Shown here in pieces: positions 9,217 through 17,457 of a DNA stretch of 64,000 nucleotides (position 1 is the stretch's first letter; each line of letters begins with the position of its first letter). The stretch comes from an uncultured Lachnospiraceae bacterium (GTDB lineage: Bacteria; Bacillota; Clostridia; Lachnospirales; Lachnospiraceae): assembly GCA_944377405.1 (NCBI GenBank), contig CALWES010000005.1, positions 78,901 to 142,900 of the forward strand, read 5' to 3'. Under the pieces are notes generated by a model that saw only the letters and a list, made by a program, of their open reading frames with translations, was not told where the DNA came from and did not search any database. The position numbers and the translations under genes are program-made.

Positions 9217-11178
9217 TCAGCTTTCAGGAAGCTGGCCCTCCTGGTAGGCCTGCAGCAGATCCTGCAGGTCCTCGATCTGGGATTTCAGCAGGGCGCCGGT
9301 ATCCGTATCCGCCACCCGGATCCGGGGCTCGAAGTGCTCGATCACCTCTACCTTGGGGGAACTCTCATGGCCCTCTGCAAAGGGCTTGTGGGAAGCAATG
9401 GCGATGCTGCGGGAGTTGAAGATCATAGTGTAGCCCGCAATGCCGGTTTTCTGATGATAGGACCGGGCCAGGCCTCCGTCAATGACAAAGAGTCTGCCGC
9501 CGGCCCGGTAGGGAAGCTCTCCCTCCTTTTCCCGGACAGGGACATGGCCGTTTACGATATGCCCCAGTTTGGGGGAGATCCCGAATTCCGAAAGGATCTG
9601 CTCCACGATCTCCGGCTGATTGCTGAGCTCATAATAGGGGTTCATGTCCTCCTGCTTAAGCTGGGGATCATCCGTGAAGTACCGCTCGAAGGTGGTGATC
9701 CTGGATTTTCCGAAGAGGGGGGAACGCTTTCCGCACCAGAGGTACCACAGCAGATCCACCGCCTCTGCCCGGGCTGCCGCCTCCCCCGGATCGTCTCCAT
9801 GGAGGAAATAGGCGTCCCGGATCTTCTGGTCGAAGTAATCCATAAGGGCCCTGCCTGCATAGGTTTTTCCCTGGACGTAGATCTCATCGAAGCTGCCGTC
9901 TCTGCGCAGAGGGATACAGCCGTGGAACAGGAGGTTCCGGTTGACGATCTTGTAGAGCTGTCCGTGGGCAAAGAGGAAGCGCAGATGCTTTTTCAGCAGC
10001 TGGCTGTGCCGGAAGGAGGAGGTGAGGGTGTCCACCAGCTTCTCCTCGGCAGGGGTCAGACGGTAGGGATCCTTTGGGTCCACCGTGGGGAAGTTCCGGT
10101 CCGAAAGAGGGATACAGCGGCCTCCCATGGAGATGGTGCCGGCGGTATAGTCGATGCGCTGCAGCAAAAGCCGGTCCTCCATGTCGTATTCCGGGTGCCG
10201 CATGATCAGCTGCCCCTCCAGCTTGAACTGGATGATGGCGATGGCCTTGTGCATGCGGGCTGCCAGCTCCGGAGACACGGCGTCATATTCATTCTGATCC
10301 AGCAGATGGGGCTGGAAGCGGCTGCAGGGATCCGTGCCGTAGGCCTCCTGGGCAAACATGGACAGGGGGCGCAGGTTGATGCCGTAGCTGTCCTCAAGAA
10401 GATCGAAGTGATTGTAGCTCAGGGCGATGCGCACCACATTGCAGACGCAGGCCTGGTTGCCGCAGAAGGCTCCGATCCAGCTTACGTCATGATTGCCCCA
10501 TTCCACATCCACGTCCTTGTATTTCCGCAGCTCCTCCATTACCAGGTCCGGATGGGGACCCCGGTCGAAGATGTCTCCGATGATATGGAGGGAATCGATG
10601 GAAAGGCTGTGGATCAGGTCGCAGAGGGTCGTGATGAGGCTTTTTCCGGAGCCGATCCCTACGATGGCGTTTACGATGGAACGGTAATAGGTCTGCTTGT
10701 CGTCCTCCGTCTCATCCACCTGGAGAAGCTCCTCTATGATGTAGACATAGGACTTGGGGATCTTCTTGCGGACCTTGGAGCGGGTATATTTGGAGGATAC
10801 ATAACGGCAAAGACAGATAAGCCGGTAGATGGAGAGCCTCTGCCACTCCGCAAAGCCCTCCGGGTCCTCCCGTTCCAGAAATTCCCGCTCCGTCTTTTTC
10901 AGCTTCCGCTTGGGGTAGTAGATAAGGGCGGCCAGTTCGGACTGCTCCTTTTCCGTCATGGACTTGGCAAACAGCTCCCGGATCTTGGAGCGGATGATAC
11001 CGGAGGAGGAGCGGAGCAGATGAATAAAGGCCTTGTCTTCTCCGTGGATGTCACTGAAAAAATACTCCGTCCCCTTTGGCAGCTCCAGGATCGCGCTGAG
11101 ATTGATGATCTCCGTAATGGCGGACTGCCGGTTGGGAAATTCTCTGGAAAGCAGTCTGAGATAGGCGGCGTCTTTCAT
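9217..11178 (-). CDS. fbp: Fructose-1,6-bisphosphatase class 3 (Firmicute type)
   Basis: 653 aa. N-terminus YLRLLSREFPN...ELPKGTEYFFSDIHGE and the metallophosphoesterase motifs GDIFDRG and GNHD. Confidence 0.92.
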   Translation of the reverse strand: MKDAAYLRLLSREFPNRQSAITEIINLSAILELPKGTEYFFSDIHGEDKAFIHLLRSSSGIIRSKIRELFAKSMTEKEQSELAALIYYPKRKLKKTEREFLEREDPEGFAEWQRLSIYRLICLCRYVSSKYTRSKVRKKIPKSYVYIIEELLQVDETEDDKQTYYRSIVNAIVGIGSGKSLITTLCDLIHSLSIDSLHIIGDIFDRGPHPDLVMEELRKYKDVDVEWGNHDVSWIGAFCGNQACVCNVVRIALSYNHFDLLEDSYGINLRPLSMFAQEAYGTDPCSRFQPHLLDQNEYDAVSPELAARMHKAIAIIQFKLEGQLIMRHPEYDMEDRLLLQRIDYTAGTISMGGRCIPLSDRNFPTVDPKDPYRLTPAEEKLVDTLTSSFRHSQLLKKHLRFLFAHGQLYKIVNRNLLFHGCIPLRRDGSFDEIYVQGKTYAGRALMDYFDQKIRDAYFLHGDDPGEAAARAEAVDLLWYLWCGKRSPLFGKSRITTFERYFTDDPQLKQEDMNPYYELSNQPEIVEQILSEFGISPKLGHIVNGHVPVREKEGELPYRAGGRLFVIDGGLARSYHQKTGIAGYTMIFNSRSIAIASHKPFAEGHESSPKVEVIEHFEPRIRVADTDTGALLKSQIEDLQDLLQAYQEGQLPES

Positions 11179-11205
11179 AGAAACTCCTTTCTTTGTAAAA
11201 TGGTT

Positions 11206-11243
11206 CGCCTTCTTTTGCCTCCATCATACAACGAAAGAAGGCG
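11206..11243 (-). promoter_or_regulatory. 10-bp stem-loop in the fbp 5' leader
   Basis: CGCCTTCTTT / AAAGAAGGCG with an 18-nt loop, about 30 nt upstream of the fbp start on the minus strand. No clear U-tract. Confidence 0.3.
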
Positions 11244-11356
11244 TTTGAGAACGGGATCCGGAAAAGCCTCAGAAAAAAATAAGAATTTGTGACAGAAAGG
11301 GATCTTTATTGTATAATATGCTAAAGAAAATGGAAAGAACAGACAGGAATTTGTAT

Positions 11357-12637
11357 ATGAAGATCATTTTGCCCGACAATGTGAAGTATATCATCCGGAA
11401 GCTGGAGCAGGCAGGCCACGAGGCCTACGCCGTGGGAGGCTGCGTCCGGGACAGCATCCTGGGAAGGGAGCCGGAGGACTGGGACGTGACCACCTCCGCC
11501 CATCCGGAGGAGGTGAAGGCGATCTTCCGGAAGACCGTGGATACAGGGATCCAGCATGGCACCGTAACGGTGCTTCTGCGGCAGGAGGAGGAAGGGGAGG
11601 AACCCGTCCTCAGGGGCTATGAGGTCACCACCTATCGGGTGGACGGGGACTACCGGGACGGACGCCATCCCGAATCCGTTTCCTTTACCCCCTCCCTGCG
11701 GGAGGACCTGGCAAGGAGGGACTTCACCATCAACGCCATGGCCTATAACGACCGGGACGGCCTGGTGGACTGCTTCCATGGGATGGAGGACCTTCGGGCA
11801 GGCCTTGTACGCTGCGTAGGGGATCCGGAGGCCCGTTTTTCCGAGGACGCCCTGCGGATTCTGCGGGCAGTCAGATTCGCGGCCCAGCTGGGCTTCGGGA
11901 TCCACGGGGACACGGAGGCGGCCATCCGGAGCCATGTGAAGAACCTGGAGCTTATCAGCCGGGAACGGATCCAGACGGAGCTTTCAAAGCTTTTGTGCTC
12001 CCCCAATCCGGGGCAGGCGGAGAAGCTTTTTGAGCTTGGGATGGATCCCTATCTGGGAGAGGGCTTCTCAGAGGTCCATCCGGAATATCTTCGGGAGGCC
12101 TGGGAGACCGGAAGGGAGGCGGAGCCGGGATTTTCCTTCGGGCAGCTCCCCCTTTCCCGGAAATATCTCCGCTACGGAGCCCTTCTGTGCGGCACCAGGA
12201 AGGAGACGGCGGGGAAGCTGCTCCATTCCTTGAAGCTGGATAACGACACCATCAAAAAGGCGGAGCTCCTTTCCGCCTATCTGCTGTGGTATATCCCCAC
12301 GGACCGCTACGCCTTAAAGAAGGTGATGCAGCAGATGACGCCGGAGCTGATGGGGGAGCTTCTGTGGATGAAGCTGGCCTTTTCCGGGACGTCGGTCTAC
12401 GGTTTAAGCTGCTTCGGAGAGGATCCGAAGGCCCTTCGGGAGCTCTTTGAGGATATCCTCCGGAGGGAGGATCCTGTCTACCTGTCGGACCTGATCATAA
12501 AGGGAGGCGACCTGGTGCGGGCCGGGATCAAGCCGGGTCCCCATATCGGGGAGATCTTAAACGCCATGCTGGAGGATGTGCTTCGGACGCCGGTCCATAA
12601 CTCCATCCTCTATCTCCTTTCCCAGTACCTGAAATAG
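11357..12637 (+). CDS. cca: CCA-adding tRNA nucleotidyltransferase / poly(A) polymerase family
   Basis: GGCVRDSILGREPEDWDVTT and RDFTINAM motifs. I prefer ATG 11357 (MKIILPDNV...) to the track start at 11309, because a TATAAT -10 box overlaps 11309-11317. Confidence 0.85.
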   Translation: MKIILPDNVKYIIRKLEQAGHEAYAVGGCVRDSILGREPEDWDVTTSAHPEEVKAIFRKTVDTGIQHGTVTVLLRQEEEGEEPVLRGYEVTTYRVDGDYRDGRHPESVSFTPSLREDLARRDFTINAMAYNDRDGLVDCFHGMEDLRAGLVRCVGDPEARFSEDALRILRAVRFAAQLGFGIHGDTEAAIRSHVKNLELISRERIQTELSKLLCSPNPGQAEKLFELGMDPYLGEGFSEVHPEYLREAWETGREAEPGFSFGQLPLSRKYLRYGALLCGTRKETAGKLLHSLKLDNDTIKKAELLSAYLLWYIPTDRYALKKVMQQMTPELMGELLWMKLAFSGTSVYGLSCFGEDPKALRELFEDILRREDPVYLSDLIIKGGDLVRAGIKPGPHIGEILNAMLEDVLRTPVHNSILYLLSQYLK

Positions 12638-12659
12638 GCCCTCGGGAGCGAAGTTTGAG

Positions 12660-12688
12660 TTGCAAGCCGGGCGGTAAAAAGATATACT
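12660..12688 (+). promoter_or_regulatory. Sigma-A-like promoter for ridA and the phosphomutase gene
   Basis: TTGCAA, 17 nt spacer, TATACT. Confidence 0.5.
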
Positions 12689-12726
12689 AGACAATGTAAA
12701 ATTTTATTTTGAGGAGGTATTTTAAA

Positions 12727-13095
12727 ATGAAAGTAATCGATACAAAGAATGCACCTGCGGCCATCGGCCCCTATTCTCAGGCTTATGAGGTAAACGGACT
12801 GGTATTCACCTCCGGACAGATCCCTGTAGATCCCGCCACCGGCACCGCTCCGGAAGGCATCGAAGCACAGGCAGAGCAGTCCTGCAAGAACGTACAGGCC
12901 ATCCTTGAGGCAGCCGGCGTAAGCATGGACAAGGTAGTAAAGACCACCTGCTTTATTGCGGACATGGGGGATTTTGCAAAGTTCAATGAAGTATATGCAA
13001 AGTACTTCACCGGAAAGCCCGCAAGAAGCTGTGTTGCAGTAAAGACTCTTCCCAAGAACCTCCTTTGCGAGATCGAGGCCATTGCGGAGAAATAA
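12727..13095 (+). CDS. ridA: RidA/YjgF-family reactive-intermediate deaminase
   Basis: MKVIDTKNAPAAIGPYSQA...SGQIP...ARSCVAV...EIEAIA. GAGGAGG RBS upstream of ATG 12727. Confidence 0.9.
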   Translation: MKVIDTKNAPAAIGPYSQAYEVNGLVFTSGQIPVDPATGTAPEGIEAQAEQSCKNVQAILEAAGVSMDKVVKTTCFIADMGDFAKFNEVYAKYFTGKPARSCVAVKTLPKNLLCEIEAIAEK

Positions 13096-13122
13096 ACCCC
13101 AGAGGAAGTGAAAGGGACGAGC

Positions 13123-14862
13123 ATGAGAGATTATCAGGCAATTTATCGGGAGTGGCTGGAAAACCCCTACTTTGACGAAGAGACAAAGGCGGAGCTCCGG
13201 TCTGTTTCCGGTGATGAAAACGAGATCCGGGAGCGTTTCTATACGGACCTGGAGTTCGGGACTGCAGGCCTTCGGGGCATCATCGGCGCCGGCACCAATC
13301 GTATGAACAAGTACGTGGTGCGGAGAGCGACCCAGGGACTTGCAAATTACATCAAAAAGCAGGGTGGGGAGCAGAAGGGCGTTGCCATCGCCTATGATTC
13401 CCGCCACAGATCCGACGAGTTTTCGGAGGAGGCGGCCCTGTGCCTTGCAGCCAACGGCATCAAAGCCTATCGCTTCGAGAGCCTGAGGCCTACGCCGGAG
13501 CTTTCCTTTGCAGTACGGGAGCTGGGCTGCATCGCGGGCATCAATATCACCGCCAGCCACAACCCCTCCAACTACAACGGTTATAAGGTATACTGGGAGG
13601 ACGGCGCCCAGTTTACGCCGCCCCATGACAAGGGAGTGACAGAGGAGGTCCTGGCCATTACGGATATGTCCGTCTGCAGGACCATGTCCCGGCAGGAGGC
13701 GGAGCAGGCAGGCCTCTACGTGACCATCGGTCAGGAGATCGACGATAAGTACATCGGCCACGTAAAGGATGCCATCGTCAACAAGGAGGTCATCCGGAAG
13801 ATGCAGGACCAGATCCGCATCGTCTACACGCCCCTTCACGGTACGGGACACATCCCCGCCACCAGAGTGATGCGGGAGCTGGGCTTTACCCACGTGTTTG
13901 AAGTGCCGGAGCAGGCCCTTCCCGACGGGGACTTCCCCACCGTATCCTATCCCAATCCGGAGTCTCCGGCAGCCTTTGCCCTGGGCCTTGCCCTGGCGAA
14001 GGAAAAGGACGCAGACCTGGTACTGGCCACGGATCCGGACGCAGACCGCCTTGGAGTCTATGTAAAGGACAGCGCATCCGGGGAGTACATCCCCCTTACG
14101 GGAAATATGTCCGGAGCCCTGCTCTGTGAGTATGTCCTGAGCCAGAAGCAGGCAGCGGGACAGATCCCGCAGGACGGCCAGGTGGTGAAATCCATCGTTA
14201 CCACGAACCTGCTGGATGCAGTGGCAGCCCACTACGGCTGCAGCCTGATCTCCGTGCTGACGGGCTTCAAGTGGATCGGCCGTGTGATCCTGGAGAACGA
14301 GACCAGGGGCCAGGGACACTACCTCTTCGGTATGGAGGAGAGCTATGGCTGCCTTATCGGCACCTATGCCAGGGACAAGGACGCCATCTCTGCGGTGGCT
14401 TCCCTCTGCGAGGCGGCTGCCTACTACAAGGACAAGGGCATGACCCTCTGGGATGCCATGCTGTCCATGTACGAGAGATACGGCTATTATAAGGAATATA
14501 CAAAATCCATCGAGCTTGCGGGCATCGAAGGCCTGGCCCAGATCCAGAAGATCCTGGAGACCTTCCGGAAGGAGCAGCCGAAGCATTTCGGCCCTTATGA
14601 GGTCCAGAGGATCCGGGACTATCAGGCAGACACGGTGGAAGATCTTAAGACCGGGGAAACCGGAAAGACCGGACTTCCGAAGTCAAATGTCCTCTATTAT
14701 GAATTGAATGACAATGCCTGGGTATGCGTAAGACCCTCCGGCACAGAGCCGAAGATCAAATTCTACTGCGGCGTCAAAGGAAAAGACCTGGCGGATGCAG
14801 ACCGGCTCGTAGAGGAGCTGAATGCAGATCTGGAAGAAAAGGTGAATGCCATCATTCATTAA
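13123..14862 (+). CDS. Phospho-sugar mutase (phosphoglucomutase/phosphomannomutase family)
   Basis: Active-site phosphoserine loop TASHNPSNYNGYKV, metal loop DPDADR, and a four-domain length. Confidence 0.9.
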   Translation: MRDYQAIYREWLENPYFDEETKAELRSVSGDENEIRERFYTDLEFGTAGLRGIIGAGTNRMNKYVVRRATQGLANYIKKQGGEQKGVAIAYDSRHRSDEFSEEAALCLAANGIKAYRFESLRPTPELSFAVRELGCIAGINITASHNPSNYNGYKVYWEDGAQFTPPHDKGVTEEVLAITDMSVCRTMSRQEAEQAGLYVTIGQEIDDKYIGHVKDAIVNKEVIRKMQDQIRIVYTPLHGTGHIPATRVMRELGFTHVFEVPEQALPDGDFPTVSYPNPESPAAFALGLALAKEKDADLVLATDPDADRLGVYVKDSASGEYIPLTGNMSGALLCEYVLSQKQAAGQIPQDGQVVKSIVTTNLLDAVAAHYGCSLISVLTGFKWIGRVILENETRGQGHYLFGMEESYGCLIGTYARDKDAISAVASLCEAAAYYKDKGMTLWDAMLSMYERYGYYKEYTKSIELAGIEGLAQIQKILETFRKEQPKHFGPYEVQRIRDYQADTVEDLKTGETGKTGLPKSNVLYYELNDNAWVCVRPSGTEPKIKFYCGVKGKDLADADRLVEELNADLEEKVNAIIH

Positions 14863-14881
14863 GGAATGAGGATACAGTTTT

Positions 14882-16084
14882 ATGGGGCGTGAGGAGGAAG
14901 AGCTTTATCAGCCCCGCAGGCGGCCCGCACAGCGACGGGCACCCAGAAGACAGAGACCCGCCGGCAGTTATGTAAATGCTGCCGGCGTTTCTTCCACCAG
15001 GAAACGAAGGTATAATGTCAACCTGGACTATATACCCCATATCTGGAAAGGTAAGCTTGAACGGGACCTGCGGGTGGATAATGTAAGAGGGATCCTGATA
15101 ATCCTTGTGGTTATCGGGCATTTTCTGTTGCCCCTTTACCAGACCCGTCTCATTACAAATCTCCTGTATCTGATCTACGCCTTCCATATGCCCTGCTTCA
15201 TCATGATCTCCGGCTTCTACGCCAAAAGCGTTTATAAAAACGGATATTTCCGCTGGGGAAAGATCGTACAGTTCCTGTGGCTTTATTTTCTGTATAAGAT
15301 GGTGGTGAACATCACGGAGGGGCTCCTGGCAGGGTACATCCCCCTGTTCCCGGACTTCTTCCACGAAAGCGGAGCACCCTGGTACCTGCTGGCCCTTGCC
15401 ATCTGGTATATGACCCTGCCCTTCTTCAAGAACTTCCGGGAATACCCCCTGAATGCCATTGCCATCTTCCTGATCCTCTTCGGAGTGGTCTTCCTGAAGT
15501 ACGGTGTCAGCTGCGGGGACTTCCTGAGCCTGGACCGGGTCCTTTCCTTTGCCCCCTTTTTCTATATTGGGTATTTTTACAGTCAGGAGAACCTGGACAG
15601 CTATCTGGCTTCCCGGACCAGGGTGGCGGTGGACTGGCTGGCGGCCGGCCTTGCAGTGCTGATCTTCCTGGGGATGTATGACCTGTTCATGCGCTATAAT
15701 CTGGTGGTGTACGGAGCGGAGTACCGGCGCTATGACCCTACCCTTCATCCCTATATCTGGCTCATCAACCTGATCTGGTACGTGGTGGCCTTCATCATGT
15801 CCATGGGCCTCATCGGCATCATGCTGAACCGCCGGATGCTGATCCTGACCAACCTGGGACAGCGGAGCCTGCAGGTCTATATGCTCCATCGGCCCATCCG
15901 GGACCTCTGCCAGTATTACGGGGTCTACGACCTGGTGAATCCCCATTCCAAGCTGAATGTGCTTCTGGTGGTGCTGCTGTCCGCAGGCCTTGCGGTGCTT
16001 CTGGGCTCGGACACCATCTACCGGGGCTTCGACTATGTGCGGACGGCTCCGGACCGGCTTTTAAAAAAGCTTGGGGCCGTGTGA
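14882..16084 (+). CDS. Acyltransferase family 3 integral membrane protein (O-acyltransferase)
   Basis: VRGILIILVVIGHF motif and about 10 TM helices. Arg-rich ~40-aa N-terminal tail, so the start is uncertain. Confidence 0.75.
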   Translation: MGREEEELYQPRRRPAQRRAPRRQRPAGSYVNAAGVSSTRKRRYNVNLDYIPHIWKGKLERDLRVDNVRGILIILVVIGHFLLPLYQTRLITNLLYLIYAFHMPCFIMISGFYAKSVYKNGYFRWGKIVQFLWLYFLYKMVVNITEGLLAGYIPLFPDFFHESGAPWYLLALAIWYMTLPFFKNFREYPLNAIAIFLILFGVVFLKYGVSCGDFLSLDRVLSFAPFFYIGYFYSQENLDSYLASRTRVAVDWLAAGLAVLIFLGMYDLFMRYNLVVYGAEYRRYDPTLHPYIWLINLIWYVVAFIMSMGLIGIMLNRRMLILTNLGQRSLQVYMLHRPIRDLCQYYGVYDLVNPHSKLNVLLVVLLSAGLAVLLGSDTIYRGFDYVRTAPDRLLKKLGAV

Positions 16085-16135
16085 CCTTTTGGGGGAAGCT
16101 TCGGCAGATTTTCCAACAGAAAAGATATCAAAAAA

Positions 16136-16163
16136 GGACGCCCTCCGGCGTCCTGTGCTTTTG
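16136..16163 (+). terminator. Rho-independent terminator after the acyltransferase gene
   Basis: GGACGCC-CTCC-GGCGTCC hairpin followed by TGTGCTTTTG. Confidence 0.75.
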
Positions 16164-16384
16164 TAGGGGGGCCGGGCAGCCAGATGGCTACCCGGTATGA
16201 GTATGAAAAAGCTTTTTAAGTTATCTCCTTGATAACTGTCTTTATTGTATCGGAGAAATATGTCTGGAATATGTCTCCCGTCTCAAAAAAAGATAAAGAA
16301 TCTAAAAAAAGTATAAACTATTTTCGGGAAATGAAAAAATTCTTTAAAATCAGATGAATATGTGCTAACATAATACAGGTAAAA

Positions 16385-16413
16385 TTGCGTGTTTTATCGG
16401 AACGTATTATAAT
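16385..16413 (+). promoter_or_regulatory. Sigma-A-like promoter for mreB
   Basis: TTGCGT, 17 nt spacer, TATAAT. GGAGGA RBS at 16435-16440. Confidence 0.55.
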
Positions 16414-16449
16414 AGATCCGCTTTAGTTCAGTTTGGAGGAATCGTATAG

Positions 16450-17457
16450 ATGGCAATGTTTTCACTTATGTCGAATGATATAGGTATCGACCTGGGAACC
16501 GCCAGCATCCTTGTATATATCAAAGGAAGAGGAGTGGTGCTGAAGGAGCCCTCCGTGGTGGCGATCGACCGGGATACGAATAATGTGGTGGCCTATGGGG
16601 AAGACGCAAGGCTGATGCTGGGAAGGACGCCGGGGAATCTGCTGGCGGTAAGACCCCTCCGGCAGGGCGTGATCTCGGATTATACCCTTACGGAGAAGAT
16701 GCTCAAGCACTTCATCGATAAGGCAGTGGGCAGAAAGACCCTGAGGAAGCCCAGAGTCGCAGTCTGCATCCCCTCCGGAGCAACGGAAGTGGAGAAGAAG
16801 GCCGTAGAGGACGCTACCTATCAGGCAGGGGCCAGAGAAGTGACCATCATCGAGGAGCCGGTGGCAGCGGCCATCGGAGCAGGCATCGATATCTCCAAGG
16901 CCTGCGGCAACATCGTGGTGGACATCGGCGGCGGCACCTCGGATATCGCCGTGATCTCCCTGGGAGGCCCTGTGGTATCGGAATCCGTGAAGGTGGCGGG
17001 GGATGACTTCGATGAGGCCATCATCCGTTTTATGAGAAAGAAGCACAACCTGCTCATCGGCGAGCGTACCGCCGAGGATATCAAGGTGGGTGTGGGCTGT
17101 GTATACAAGAGACCGGAGAACCTCACCATGGAGGTCCGGGGAAGGAACCTGGTAACGGGACTTCCCAAGACGGTGCAGGTGACCTCCGATGAGACCCTGG
17201 AGGCCCTGTCCGAGCCTGCTTCCCAGATCGTGAATGCGGTCCACAACGTACTGGAGCGGACCCCTCCGGAGCTGGCAGCGGATATTTATGACAGAGGCAT
17301 CGTCCTGACCGGCGGCGGTTCCCTGATCTACGGACTGGATCAGCTGATCGAGGAGAAGACCGGTATCAATACAGTTGTGGCAGATGACCCTCTTTCTGCA
17401 GTGGCCATCGGCACGGGAAGGTTTATCGAACTGGCAAACGGCGAGGATGAGGATTAA
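16450..17457 (+). CDS. mreB: Rod-shape-determining actin homologue MreB/Mbl
   Basis: DIGIDLGTASILVY, VVDIGGGTSDIAV and GIVLTGGGSL motifs. Confidence 0.95.
   Translation: MAMFSLMSNDIGIDLGTASILVYIKGRGVVLKEPSVVAIDRDTNNVVAYGEDARLMLGRTPGNLLAVRPLRQGVISDYTLTEKMLKHFIDKAVGRKTLRKPRVAVCIPSGATEVEKKAVEDATYQAGAREVTIIEEPVAAAIGAGIDISKACGNIVVDIGGGTSDIAVISLGGPVVSESVKVAGDDFDEAIIRFMRKKHNLLIGERTAEDIKVGVGCVYKRPENLTMEVRGRNLVTGLPKTVQVTSDETLEALSEPASQIVNAVHNVLERTPPELAADIYDRGIVLTGGGSLIYGLDQLIEEKTGINTVVADDPLSAVAIGTGRFIELANGEDED

Noticed and set aside
8971-11292. 773-aa ORF on the + strand
   Set aside because: It lies antisense to the well-supported class-3 fbp gene. The translation is low complexity and rich in Gly/Arg/Leu/Val with no motifs. 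This is a typical shadow ORF in GC-rich coding DNA.
12610-14586. 658-aa ORF on the - strand
   Set aside because: It lies antisense to ridA and the phosphohexomutase gene, both of which have clear catalytic motifs. It has no RBS or family features.
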